Source of the DNA: Chlorokybus atmophyticus
Lineage: Eukaryota; Plantae; Mesostigma and Chlorokybus algae
Assembly: GCA_009103225.1 (NCBI GenBank)
Contig: RHPI01001819.1
Coordinates: 1-64,000, forward strand
Length of the DNA stretch: 64,000 nt
Direction: 5' to 3'
Shown: positions 25,014 through 38,559 of the stretch, piece by piece
Layout of the letters: each line of letters begins with the position of its first letter
How positions within the stretch are numbered: position 1 is the stretch's first letter
The notes under the pieces: model-generated
Database searches by the model: none
What the model was told of the DNA's origin: nothing
Seen by the model: only the letters and a program-made list of their open reading frames with translations
Made by a program: the position numbers and the translations under genes

Positions 25014-26496
25014 GACTGCAGCTACCTTGACCTGGGCCGCCGCCTGTGCCTCTTGCTGCTCACGCTGCGGGCGCCATATTGTCTCGTCTCAGCAAGGATT
25101 CCTCTAACCTTCTAGCAAAGCTCAAGCAGGCCAACCTTCAGAGCAAAGGCAGATACGTCACTTGCGCCGCCGCCGCCACCGCCGCCCACCACGCCCTCGC
25201 CGACACCGCCGCCACCGCCGGAATTTAACCTATTTGTAACTGCGGGAGAATTACACGACGTAAGCAGCTAAACACGCAGGACCCAGACCTCGAAAGGTCG
25301 CATCATTCCCTAATTCGTGCCGAATACAGCAATAGGCATTGGCCATTCATTATTCATAAAGAAAAATGGATGCCGATGCTGCACGGGGAGCGGCGCCCGA
25401 GGCGCCTGACAACCGATACCTTGCAGCACCTTTTCAGGAAAGCGGCTGTCTGCCATTTCATCTCATGTCAATTCATTCCTTTATTGGGTTCAGCAGACGC
25501 GTACAAGTCAGAGGTCCGAATATGGAATAGACCTCTGTGTGTGCGGATTCCGTGCCACGATGTAAACGTCAGCAAAACGGTACTCCCGCGGCCAGCTCAC
25601 TGGCTTTACTACTGGTGGATGTCAACAGCCCCTTTGCGGACATACCGTCCGGACATTTGCGGATATCCGCTAGGCGGGAGCAGCGATCCGTTGCTCTCTT
25701 TTGGATACGGTGCAAGTGGTATCTAGCGAGCTAATGCCGTTGCAGTAGAATATGCGAGATGCGTGTTCTGTTACGCTCTAGGCAATCGATTACGAAGGTA
25801 CTTGGCCTGCAGCGATGCCCGGATGCGGCCGCGAGGCGCTGCTGCACAATGCGTACCGCAACAGGGCTTTTTACTACTGCCCAAACGTAGTCTGACAAAT
25901 CTGACGTCAACGCACCGTCAGCGCGCCTGCTGTGCTAGAGCAGTGCACCTGCGACATGTGCGTGTCGTACTGGGACACGCACGAGCGTGTGGCTTACTAA
26001 CGACGGGAGGGCGCCTTGCTTGGGAACAGGACGCGGGCTGTCACGTCAATTATTACAAGTCAGTTGCGGCATTTACATCGCCCGCCCGACCTAGCAACGA
26101 CCTATCGAGATATTCCGTCACCATATCCATATCCAAGCCTCTGTCAGAATGGAGCAGTACGTGTAGCCTGCGTGATGCGTCACGCCTGCGGCGTTGCGCT
26201 TGGTGCAGCAGCTCTGACAAACCACACATCATTGCGCATCAATTACTGTGAGAAGATGTGGGACGCATTGGCATTTTTGGGCTCTCAGCGTGCGGCGCAC
26301 TTTTGGCACGTGGATGAACAGAGCCCATTGCTCGTCAACTGGGAATCGCCGCATAGCACCGGCATGGCATCCTGGTAGCGTGCCAGTGGCAAGTCGCCAC
26401 TGGCACGCTGCTTCAGTGGCGAATGCCACTGGCACAGGCGCACCAGAATATTTGTGGCAAGTGACATGCCGCAAATTGCCTGGGCCAGTGGCGACC

Positions 26497-27083
26497 GCTG
26501 GCCCATGCCTGACACACACAGCCTGTATGACACAGGGCCGCTCGTCGAGCGGCTGTTGTATTCAACCGATCTGCCATTGACTCATGTCGCCTGATAGGTA
26601 ACAGCTAGGCCCGAATGTTGGGCTCAATGCTTTTTTTCTCCTCGTCTCGTGCTAGGTATGATCCAAGGCATGTATGGTGTGGGCTCACCATGTCATTCGG
26701 ATGCTTTGCGCACATTGCATGTGGTTTACGTGAATGCGCATGGCGGCACCTTGCAATACTGTATATATATATATATATATACATGTATATATATATATAT
26801 ATATAATACAATATATAGCTGGCCCATGCCTGACACACACAGCCTGTGTGACACACGGCCGCTTGTCGAGCGACTGTTATATTCAACTGATCTGCTATTG
26901 ACTCAAGTCGCTTGATAGGTAACAGCTAAACCCGAATGTTGGGCTCAATGCTTTTTTCTCCTCGTCTCGCGCTAGGTATGATCCAAGGCATGTATGGTGT
27001 GGGCTCACCATGCCATTCGCATGCTTTGCGCACATTGCACGTGGTTTACATGAATGCGCATGGCGGCACCTTGCAATACTGTA
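26497..27083. repeat. Tandem duplication with a ~321-bp unit, each unit ending in a (TA)n tract
   Basis: gctggcccatgcctgacacacacagcc... at 26497 and 26818, with scattered substitutions. Confidence 0.92.
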
Positions 27084-27232
27084 TTATTTATATATATCTA
27101 TAGATCTATATATATATATATATATAATTTAATATATATAATATATAATAAATGTATAACTAATATATATACTTATATATATATATATATATATATTAGA
27201 TTATATATAGTTATATTTTTTTATATATATAT
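27084..27232. repeat. Degenerate (TA)n AT-rich tract
   Basis: Direct inspection. Confidence 0.9.
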
Positions 27233-27409
27233 AGCCTTGTGGTGTCAGCCTCGCAAAACCCATAACCAAGTAGGTCCGGTTTACACTTGGTCTCGTGTCT
27301 TGCTAGGCATTGCAAGGTGCTATTGCGCACCAGTTACGCACTGCATATATTGCGTAACTTCATGCCACTTTGTGACAGTGCAGCGGCTCCTCCGACATTG
27401 CGAGGTGTG

Positions 27410-27677
<268 letters not shown>

Positions 27678-27955
27678 TTGAAGAGGGCCGTGCAGTCATC
27701 CTCTCCTTCCTTGGTGTGGATACTTAGCGTGGGAAGGTGTTCCCGAGATACTTCCAGTGCTGTGGAGACTCTCATGTGAGGTACTGCGCCATTGGTGCTG
27801 ACACTTCCATCAATGACGTGTGATAATTCTTATGCTTGTGCATATGTTTGTCAAGCGGCACGCAAGTAAGTAAGTGTGAAAATGTCACGATAAACATGCG
27901 TTGGATATATAAGCCAAGCATGAAATACGTGTACCTTGGAGTGCAAGATGCATGT

Positions 27956-28070
27956 TCTTCATGAAATTCTTACCACGAAACATATGAGCATTGCATGAGA
28001 TGGAAATTCTTACCATCTTCATGAAATTCTTACCACGAAACATATGAGCATTGTATGAGATGGAAAGTCT
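27956..28070. repeat. 60-bp tandem repeat, ~2 units
   Basis: tcttcatgaaattcttaccacgaaacatatgagcattg... repeated at a 60-bp offset. Confidence 0.92.
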
Positions 28071-29559
28071 ATGTGCTATCAATGTGTACAAGTGAATATG
28101 CAATCTTTCTGTTTATCGTGAAAAAGGTGTAATAGTTTTCGTGCTAGCTCTATTTACTCGGCGAATGCCATGAACGTCCACGTATCGAGCGAGGCGGACG
28201 TTCATAGCTGATACATAAGGATAAGTAGCGCAAACGCCCTTTGTAAGTTATTGTCCACACATTGCTTAATCAAAGGTATAGCGTAAACGGCGTGAATAAT
28301 CAGGATTTTTGGGGGTCCCATAATTACCCATAGCGTATTAGATTTGTGTCTATTCAATCGACGCGCAGCGTGACAATTTTCAAGTTGTGATAAGCCAGAT
28401 TTAAAGTTCAATCGCAATCCGTAATATAGCGAATTGCGAATTGGTAATGTACAAAAATGGCATGCAGAAGCGGACAGCAATCTCGATAAAACTTCCTTAA
28501 CCATGGCACACATCCATTCCTCAGTGCGGAGAGCACGTGTACGAGTCTGTTATGAGGGTGAGCGCTATGGTCCCACCTTTATCGGAGCTTGCAATTGGCA
28601 AGTGACTATGAAGTACAATCACCAGCTGCATTTATGTTCATAACTTTCTTGCTTGCGCGCAAGTTTAGCGTCGCGTTCCTCAACTATGGTCCCCATTTGT
28701 AAAAATACAATGTAGGCCCGATGGTGATTCTTAAGTAAAAATATATGCACAATCATTGCGGCGCTGTAACGCTTTCTCTTGCTCACTCGTTGCTACAAAC
28801 GTGCAAAGTCTTGGAAGCGTTTTTAAGTATATTTAGATAAACTAAAGGACCAATACTGTTAATTCAATATATACCAAGCTCCTGCGAAATGCGCAAGGTG
28901 AGTCAGCAGGTTGAGAATTGCACACTTACAACATTGTTTGCTTGTAATGTGACATTAAGCATGCATTTTATGCCTGGCACGTTGCGGCTAAGGTGAGCAA
29001 GCAGCGCAAGAAGGATGGCACAAACCCAAGCACACCCTCCAAAGAATTAACTTCAAAAGAGCATGGAACTTAGCACGCGGGGGGTATTTTAGCCAATATC
29101 ACAGAAGCAAAAGCGTGCAACTCAGCAAGATAAAGTAGCTTAAGCTCAGATATCATAGCATGCAATAACACTTGTGTTGGGCTGCCACTTTTAATGTCGG
29201 TGGTTGTTTGATTGCCAATGTTTAAATGTGCTGTGCTTGCGTCTGCTAAAGGTGGCCATCATCTTTAGTACTGGTTGGCGTTGTGTTATATGCAGGATTC
29301 TCTTGCAGTTGAGAAGGTGCCCAAGTTTGAAAGGCATGCTCTGCAAAAAAAATATTCGTCTACAATTGCACACCACTTTTGCTTTAAGAAGCTGCACTGA
29401 GTGGAAGCGTACATGACCATAGGCTTGCTGAGGGTACGCCTCCTCTTTGATTTTATCTGCATGCAAAATGGAGGTTTTTCAACAATTCAAGGCAGTTGCC
29501 ATGTTCGGCATCTACTTATTACAGTATATGTAGACATGCAACTGCCTAACGCGGACGAG

Positions 29560-30130
29560 GGTAAGAGGGAAGAACGCTAGTGAGTAGAGGCAACGACGCA
29601 AATGAGGTCGGGGATGAAAAAGCCCGGAAAATAGAAGGCGGATCTTTTCAGCACTAATGGAGAAGAGGGAGAGGGGTGGAGGGACCAGAGCATAGGTAAA
29701 TGGGATAGAGAATACAGGAAGAGGGCTAAGAGAGAGCGGAGGGATGCCATACTATTGTTGGAATGAAAGGGACCAGGTTGGTGAGAAGGTTGTTGAAGCC
29801 TCAAATAGACTGGAACTTGTCAAAGGCAAGGAGGCGTTTATCCTCAAAGCTGAAGTGGAGGTAGCATGTTGCCGGTCTCTTTTTGCGTGTTGTAGGATGA
29901 AGTGGGAGAGGGCGGATATGCGCTGCTGAAAGGAGGTTGTCAAATTGTCGAACCTACACCTATTGCGGGAGACGAAGATCTACCAGAGCAATATGGGAAA
30001 CACAATGCACCACATGTGGCGGAGGTGTGAAGGACCGTGGGGAGGGTGTAGCAGGAGAGAGGCCACGTACAAGTGTAGCAAGCCTCCGCAAAGGCTTGAC
30101 CACAGGTGCTGGAATTAAGCCCACACACTA
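29560..30130 (-). pseudogene. LINE (L1/Tx1-like) ORF2 C-terminal fragment
   Basis: Minus frame reads ...RHMWCIVFPILLW*IFVSRNRCRFDN..., matching the LINE C-terminal LWxIWxxRNxxxF motif; pyrimidine-rich composition. Confidence 0.55.
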
Positions 30131-32928
30131 TAAATCACCTAGTTAAAAATTAACATTGATTGTACCAACAGATGTGTTGATTAATGCAGGTGGCAGGGTG
30201 ATATAGACGTCAAAAACCAACTCATATGCTGACCAAATCAATGTTTGCATTGATTTGTATTTCATGTGATTAAGTTCCAGTTGACCTAGATGTTGGTCAA
30301 ATAAATCTGTTGTTATATACAACAATCAGCTTATCATGGTTGCGTGACGTTGAGTAGCGCACAAGATGTGCAACTCAAACTTCAATAAACTGTATGCCAA
30401 TGTTTCTAATGTTTTAACACTGTGGTTGTTGCTGTCAATTAACAATCGTTGACTTTAAGCGCTCCAGATGTAACATACATGGTTATGGGACATGCTTAGG
30501 GCATGTGGCTCCCCCTAAGACAGTGACTTTTGCTGCCGTAGCCTAGTGATTAACTCGCCGATGTTACACCAGAATACAGTGCATCTGTGATTCTTAGACA
30601 TCACTGTCAAACATGCACAAGCATTTCATTAATACCAAGAGTAAGTAGGAAGCATTTGGGTTCCGACTTCCACTGTGTAGAGCTAACCAAGCAAACAAAC
30701 TACATGGTTCCGCCTCTCTTCCTCTCGTTATTGTTGATGGCATCGTCTTCATGCTCAGTGTCATGCGTATGTTGTAAAATAAGAATTGATCATTTTGCAA
30801 TTGGTGTGAAGGCCTGATTATGCAATTGAGCACAAGAGTGCCGTAACTGCACTTGCGCATGCTGGTTGCAGTTTGCATGCATGTGCCTTGAATGACATTA
30901 GTGAACACATGTTAGTAGCAACAAACAGAACATGCCAGCATGCTTGCCTCTATGACTATGTGTGTACGCATGCATGCATAATGCTGTGTATGTATGCGTG
31001 CGTACGCACGTGAACGTGCGCGCACGCATGCAGCGCATGCCTGTGCGTGCGTGTGTGCACATGCGCGACAATCACTGAGTATGACGGCTTGTATTGTGAT
31101 TGTAATACTACTTAACACATAATAGTATTAGTATTTGCATTATTAGGCTGTGTGTAACGCAATGGCATGCTGATGAGCAAGCGGTCAATTACGATAACTA
31201 CTAGACGATAATGAAAAGGCTTGTAAGCTTATGGCGTTAAAGTTGTGTCATCCAAGTGATTACAATGCGCAAGCAAAGTTCTATTCAACAACGGCATGTG
31301 TATACGCTTGTCAAAAGCGTAACACCAATCCAAGTTCATGTGAATGCACGTATATAGCAGCTTCGCTACACGTTTGGACTGTTGATGCATATGTAGTCAT
31401 CCAACACAAGTGCACCAACCTGTAAGCACGGCCTGCTCGCCTATAGCCTAGCTACATTGGGAGGTCTGCCGCAGACTCGTTAGCGGCTAACGGGCCGATA
31501 GATGCCTTACAGCTGCGGCCTTTGAATCCGCTAAGCGAATCTCATATATGTATCGTGACCGTCATCCTTATGCAGCTTCGCGTTGTCCTCCTCCTCCTTC
31601 ACGACCGGCATCACCATCGCCACCTGCTTGCAAATGACAGGCGGCTGATGCTGAAGTGGGTTGCGGAGGCGCTGCGAACTGAAGGTTGTACACTGTCAGG
31701 CGGTCTGTTTCATCCCTTAAGGGTGCACGCACATGCACGCATGGGCATGTGTGCAGAGGCTGATGTGTGCGTGTACATGTATATACATGCACAAAGACAA
31801 GCATTTGACTATAGCTACTCTTTAACACTCAGGCCTACCACTATGCTGGTTAGTTAACAACTCATGGCCCGCTGGGCTTCACGCTGACGGACTCGCAACT
31901 CAAGCGCGCGGGCCTCGACCACATTCTACATTACAACACTCATGACATTTAACCATAATTCAATTTGTGTCTGCATGTATCTTGAAATCCAACGCCTCAT
32001 TGAAGCGGCCTAAACAACATTCGTCTTGTGGCCACATATGCGTTGAAGTGTATGACAACTGGCATGCGCTTTTATTTGTCCTATTTTTTTGTGCTTCTGA
32101 TGCTTACGTTGCACAGCAGCTGGTCCAGATTGCTCATCGGGTTTAGCACACGACAATAAAGTGCGTCAAAATTAGCCAAGCACTACCTTAGTGGTGTTGT
32201 GTGTTGTTTATGCAATGCCGCAAAGTTTATCATCATGTCTCTCAACGCAAAAAGCGCTTTATGGGGTCGCCAACCGGTCATTTGTGGCTCTGACGGGGTG
32301 CTCAACAAAACGCTTGAACGCTGTTGCCATGGACTCAACAAACAAGAGATGTGCATGTGCGTGTGCGGGAGCATATGCATGTGTACTTGCGCACATCTGC
32401 GTGTGGGCACTTGTAACTGTCTATGGATGCATGTACGTATATCACACACACACATATATATATATTGTCCACGCATCTATACATGTCCTTACATTGGCCA
32501 GTCTGTGTGTGCCTCATTGTGCTCACACGCCTTTGTACATATGCCCCTGCTGCCCTCACATGCGCACAACCCCCCCCTTTGCAGGTTAGACTTGTGTCGC
32601 AGGCCATCCAGGGTTTCAATTGCAAGGCCAAGTTACTTGGCTATTCTAAGGCAATGCTGGTAAGTGACATAACTTGTAGTCATTGTGCCTCATGTACTCG
32701 TTATCACTACTAGTCAACTGAAATGTCCACTTTGCTCAGGCATGTGCATGCACGCAGTTGAACGTTTGTACTGCAGTCACCAAACTCATATGCATATATC
32801 ACACTCGCAAAGACACAATATTTGTGTTTCAGATGTAGTAAACTACGACCTCTGTGTTTGCCTCCACTATGACTGAAACGCATACAATACTTTCACATCA
32901 AAGTTGCAAGTGTTTCTTTTGCTTTGGA

Positions 32929-33575
32929 TGTAACAGTCGAGGCCAAGTTTCATGATGTTTAAACCTTCTTTGGTCCATTTATCGAGCACCACGTTTTCAT
33001 GACTTGTGGCAGATATCGGCGAGTTATGAGTCTGCCACGGATATCGACCGGGGCCGGAAGGTGCCAGAAAACGGAGGGCCAGTCGCGAAGGGCTCGACCA
33101 GATGTTTAAAAGTGCCTGGCGCCAAGTAGTATAACTTGACCATATGAGCACCTAATCAGGAGATCTTTGGTGCATAAGAAAGGTCTAGAAGTATACTACA
33201 AGGTGCGGCAATAACATCTTAGTATCTAGTTTTTTGTAGCACGGGAATCGTCTAGACAGTAGCATGTGCAGACTGGTAGGTATAAAAGCGATATTCTACA
33301 ATGTGCAATACAACATTAAGCTCCTTTGTTGGTTGTGTGCCAGCTTGGTGGTGGTTAGCAGGGGTTGCTAGCATGTGTCCACTGGTGTGTGCTTGCTTGT
33401 GTGACGATCCAAGACGCTACACAAGTTGGTGTGTAGCTTTGAGCGCGTACGCGAGTGGCGGGGCGCGCGTGTGTGCTTGGCAGAGGGGGCAAGGTTCCGG
33501 TGTGAATAGCGTGCCTTTGTGAGAGGGTTGTTGATGAGACCAACTTACAGGTGACAAGGCACAAGCACCGCCACA
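32929..33575 (+). repeat. LTR related to Gypsy 1 (solo or orphan)
   Basis: 33118-33575 aligns to rc of 7232-7822 and ends ...CCACA. The TG start at 32929 is a guess. No matching TSD was found. Confidence 0.72.
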
Positions 33576-33599
33576 ACTAGTTAGATAGGGTAGATTAAC

Positions 33600-33990
33600 C
33601 ACAGGGCTTTTTACGCGCGGACCAGTCGTAGGCGGCCCGCGGACCACGTCTGTTACGTTGTAGCGTACCAGTGTCGCAACTGGTCCGGCGTGAGCGGACC
33701 ACTGGTGGTCCGGTCCCGGAGCCGGACGGCATGGTCCAAGCGATGGGACCAGGGCTGGTCGTGCGCCCGGCGGCTTGCGCACTAGTGCAGCACACGGTCC
33801 ATTCAGCAGAACCAGGGTTGGTCAATTTCGCGCCCCCTGCAGCCTGCACACCAGCGGCAACATTGGTACGGACAGGTACAGCCGTTGTGACCAAGTCAAG
33901 TCGTACGTCGACGTCGTCTTGTGACCAGACATTGTACGCACCGCGCGTCCTGCGTAGCAATGGTGTGCAGTGACCGTATAGCAATTGTTG
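33600..33990 (+). mobile_element. CACAG terminus with GGACC-rich arm (CACTA-like family)
   Basis: CACAGGGCTTTTTACGCGCGGACC..., homologous to 8081 and 47102; the other end was not found. Confidence 0.6.
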
Positions 33991-35848
33991 AACACGTCAG
34001 CCGAAAGCGGTAAGTACGAAACTGTACTTATCCCCGTGCTGAAACCCTAGTCGCTATGAGGCACTCAGGCACTGCTTGCGTCGGCCTTGATGCTGCAACC
34101 GGCAAGCTACTGGAGCCGGAGGTAGGCTGCAGGTAGGCTTGCTACGGCAGTGATGTTGGTGTGTGTAGCTTACGTGCACTATATGTAATTACTGTGAGTA
34201 GTTGGTGTTGTGGTTGGCATATGTACAACAGCAGCTGCTACAATTGCAGCGCCCGCTGCTGATGCTGCCGCATTGATATGCACTGTCAGCAGCGTTTGTT
34301 GTTAATGACGTTATGGTTGTGGTTATTGTGGTGGTGGTCGTGACGGTTGCAATTGTGCTTGTAAATGCTGCTGCTGTAGCTTCACATTAGCTATAGAGCC
34401 AAGCCATGCCAACAGCCGCCGCCGCTGCTGCCGCCGCTGCCGCAGGTAAAGCATCTACAGCCGCCGCAGCAGCTGCGGCTGTAGCAGCAATAACCACGAC
34501 AGCTGCATTGAACAAGTCTGTATTGCCAGTAGTGCAGCACATGTACGCCTGCATATGCACAAGATCTTACTAGCTAGTACTATGGTATATGTGCACTGCT
34601 GACGTGCAGGCAAGTAGAACTGAATGCTTATGCCTCACATTGTTGCAAGCAGTAGTTCAACAGCCCTCACAACCATTCTCCCTGTAGATTTTTTGTGTTA
34701 CGTTTCCCCCAAGCCATCTCAACAGCCCTTTGCTTGTCCATAGGGAGGGTTAGCTCTTGACAGTTGTTGAAAAACAATCAAACACTCGCACAGTTGCATG
34801 CACACATAGTCACACACGCGTGTGCAGGCTTTGTACAACTGTGTAGCTATTGTACAATCACGCCAATGAGCAGGTACTGACGTAAACACATGTGAGACTG
34901 TGCATGCGCAAATGGCAGCATGTAAACAAACAATGTACGCTGTGCATGACTGTTGCTGACCTTGTCATAACATGTGATATGTGAAGCTTGTAATCAGTCA
35001 TTGAACAGTTGCACAGAATTGGTACACCTACTGATGTGCTGCATTGGGCAGGACCTACGCATGCTGCTAGGCGCTGCGGCATGTGACGCTGCATTATGAG
35101 GGGCTGGTCATGAAGCCAGCGTTCTCCAGCTGCTTCACATGGTCATGTGTTGGAATGCAGGCTCCGTGTCTTCTGGGGGGGACCCGACGTTGCCACTTTC
35201 TAGAGGGCGCGAAACTGAACGGACGGTACAACAAGGTGCAACAGAAGCCCGCAGGTGAGCTGAGGGGAAGGGTATGTGCGCGCATACACATGCGCATACA
35301 AGTGCTCTTTGCATGCATGTGCTCTTTGTCACACACGTATGCTCATACACACTCATACACTTACTACATTCATCAGGCTAAAGACCAATGGCATCTACCT
35401 CGTACGATCTACCACGTACGAGGTAGATGCCAAAGGCAGTTGCTGGTCAGCGCGCTCATAGACCGCACTGACCAGTGCAGTCTCTGAGCGATGCCTAGTC
35501 AGTAGATTGTAGAAGTCATAGGCGGCCATCTGAAATTGCCATAGTGTGAGTGAGCACGTGTGTATGTGTCCATAAGTTACACCACACACTGCTTGCATGC
35601 GCTTGTATATCTGTGCGTGCATGCGTCTGCTTGGGCGTGTGTACACATCACTGTTGGTGCACGCATATGTAAATGTACACATTGTAAGACAGTCATTGCA
35701 CAGGTGATCCCGGGCGTCACTGTCGGTGGGGCGAGCCCGATGCTGCTGCTCTGCTAAGGCGCAGGACCGGGGGGCGCTACAAGTACGTCACCTACTTGCA
35801 GTGCACCTGCTAGACCTCCAGGTGAGCGAAGGGGTAAGGGGAGGAGGG

Positions 35849-36749
35849 NNNNNNNNNNNNNNNNNNNNNNNNNNNNNNNNNNNNNNNNNNNNNNNNNNNN
35901 NNNNNNNNNNNNNNNNNNNNNNNNNNNNNNNNNNNNNNNNNNNNNNNNNNNNNNNNNNNNNNNNNNNNNNNNNNNNNNNNNNNNNNNNNNNNNNNNNNNN
36001 NNNNNNNNNNNNNNNNNNNNNNNNNNNNNNNNNNNNNNNNNNNNNNNNNNNNNNNNNNNNNNNNNNNNNNNNNNNNNNNNNNNNNNNNNNNNNNNNNNNN
36101 NNNNNNNNNNNNNNNNNNNNNNNNNNNNNNNNNNNNNNNNNNNNNNNNNNNNNNNNNNNNNNNNNNNNNNNNNNNNNNNNNNNNNNNNNNNNNNNNNNNN
36201 NNNNNNNNNNNNNNNNNNNNNNNNNNNNNNNNNNNNNNNNNNNNNNNNNNNNNNNNNNNNNNNNNNNNNNNNNNNNNNNNNNNNNNNNNNNNNNNNNNNN
36301 NNNNNNNNNNNNNNNNNNNNNNNNNNNNNNNNNNNNNNNNNNNNNNNNNNNNNNNNNNNNNNNNNNNNNNNNNNNNNNNNNNNNNNNNNNNNNNNNNNNN
36401 NNNNNNNNNNNNNNNNNNNNNNNNNNNNNNNNNNNNNNNNNNNNNNNNNNNNNNNNNNNNNNNNNNNNNNNNNNNNNNNNNNNNNNNNNNNNNNNNNNNN
36501 NNNNNNNNNNNNNNNNNNNNNNNNNNNNNNNNNNNNNNNNNNNNNNNNNNNNNNNNNNNNNNNNNNNNNNNNNNNNNNNNNNNNNNNNNNNNNNNNNNNN
36601 NNNNNNNNNNNNNNNNNNNNNNNNNNNNNNNNNNNNNNNNNNNNNNNNNNNNNNNNNNNNNNNNNNNNNNNNNNNNNNNNNNNNNNNNNNNNNNNNNNNN
36701 NNNNNNNNNNNNNNNNNNNNNNNNNNNNNNNNNNNNNNNNNNNNNNNNN
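35849..36749. other. Assembly gap (N)
   Basis: Run of N. Confidence 1.
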
Positions 36750-37033
36750 GGGGGCCGAGATATGCGCGCGCATATGCACATGTGTACTTGCGCATGCACG
36801 TGCACGTGCAAGTACACATGCGTTGTGGATGAAACACGTACGTAACTATGTGCACACGTACTCATGTACCAAGATGTACGTACACCCACTGGTCGCAATT
36901 GGGCTCATAGACCGCGCTGTCCAGTGCGGCCAATGAGCCAGTCGCTGTAGGCTGGCTCATAGGCTGCACTGTCTAATGCGGCCTATAAGCCAGATCTGCG
37001 TGTACACTAAGCATGCAAACAGGTGCCACTAGA

Positions 37034-37036
<3 letters not shown>

Positions 37037-37125
<89 letters not shown>
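37037..37125. repeat. Poly-C tract ending in a single N
   Basis: Direct inspection; the flank 37127-37220 resembles 37930-38005, which also follows a poly-C tract. Confidence 0.9.
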
Positions 37126-37586
37126 NGCTGGCAGCTAGCAACCCGCTGCTTAAAGAGGGAATGAGTTTGTGGTGCGCGGCTCCGCCTACGCTACCTACAC
37201 TACCTCGCCCCAGCTCCTCGGCTCTCCACCATCTTCAAGGTGCGCTGAGTGCGTGTGTGCACGCACGCGCATGAGCGTGCGCGCGTGCGTGCGTGCGTTA
37301 AATCTAATTGCATATGTGTGAACGCACACACCTGTAGTTGCGCTCATAGACCGCACAGGGAAGCATGCAAGTGCTACTCCTTGTCAGGCACACACGTGCA
37401 TACACACACTTGCTGGGCCACATCGCACTATCAAGGACGGTCTATGAGGCTGCCTCGTAGACCGCACTGGCCAGTGCGGCCTATGAGGCAGTTTCTATAG
37501 CTATAGAAACTATAGGCTGGTTCATAGGCACTGAACAGTACGGCCTTGAAGGCAGGTGCGTGTACACTGTGCGTGTGAACAAGTGT

Positions 37587-37878
37587 NNNNNNNNNNNNNN
37601 NNNNNNNNNNNNNNNNNNNNNNNNNNNNNNNNNNNNNNNNNNNNNNNNNNNNNNNNNNNNNNNNNNNNNNNNNNNNNNNNNNNNNNNNNNNNNNNNNNNN
37701 NNNNNNNNNNNNNNNNNNNNNNNNNNNNNNNNNNNNNNNNNNNNNNNNNNNNNNNNNNNNNNNNNNNNNNNNNNNNNNNNNNNNNNNNNNNNNNNNNNNN
37801 NNNNNNNNNNNNNNNNNNNNNNNNNNNNNNNNNNNNNNNNNNNNNNNNNNNNNNNNNNNNNNNNNNNNNNNNNNNNNN
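37587..37878. other. Assembly gap (N)
   Basis: Run of N. Confidence 1.
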
Positions 37879-38309
37879 ACAAAGCATGCGCGCACGCAGG
37901 TGTGTAAACCCCCCAAACCCCCCCCCCCCCTGTTGCAAGCCGCTGCTGAAAGAGCGAACGAGAAGTGCACGCCTTTGCACACGCAAGCACTACCTCGCCC
38001 CAGCTGCTCCGTTGTCGGGCCTGGCAGGGTCGTGTGCCTCTCCGGGTCGATCCCAACTGTATTGTTATGACAGGGAATGAGGCCAGCCTGGTGGGCTGTC
38101 GATTGTGTAGCTGCACAATGCGGTAGACAAGGGATACCCCCCTGTCTGTACCTACTTGTGGGGACAACACATATGATTTTAATGACATGTGATACGATGT
38201 GGTGCTGCGTGCTTTGAGTAATGAAATGCATTGCTGACAATGCTAATAAGAGCAAGTCAACACGCCACCCCCTGTGAACTGGGGAAGCCTCTGTTCCAGT
38301 GAGCAGCCT

Positions 38310-38558
38310 TCAACGGGAATGAGGAGGACCATGGATGCGACAGTCCTCACACCAATATGCCTCCAGGGGCACAGTGTCCTTTGGTGGGTCGAGGCAATAG
38401 CAGTGCATGCCGTTGTTGCACCCATCGCACAACATCATGAGTGCGTCATCGTCGGCACTACCGCACTTCTCGCAACGCTTGCTGCGATTGGGTCGAGGGT
38501 GCTGCACGATGTTGAAGCCTGCGACGTGTGGCAAGTGGCATGGAGCACAGTTCTCCAT
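38310..38558 (-). CDS. PHD finger at the integrase C-terminus
   Basis: CEKC...MMLCDGC...HCYC...WCEDC, a C4-H-C3 pattern; separated from the integrase by a frameshift. Confidence 0.92.
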   Translation of the reverse strand: MENCAPCHLPHVAGFNIVQHPRPNRSKRCEKCGSADDDALMMLCDGCNNGMHCYCLDPPKDTVPLEAYWCEDCRIHGPPHSR

Positions 38559-38559
38559 G

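Noticed and set aside
25370-26251. ORFs divergent from DUF506
   Set aside because: No recognisable motif or consistent splice structure
35160-35825. Exon-like segments with AG/GT boundaries (35161-35264, ~35703-35820)
   Set aside because: The protein-like frames contain stops and the neighbouring sequence is in gaps, so the product cannot be assigned
35726-38255. Long ORFs of 150-370 aa in the ORF track
   Set aside because: They are mostly X residues spanning N gaps or poly-C tracts, so they are artefacts
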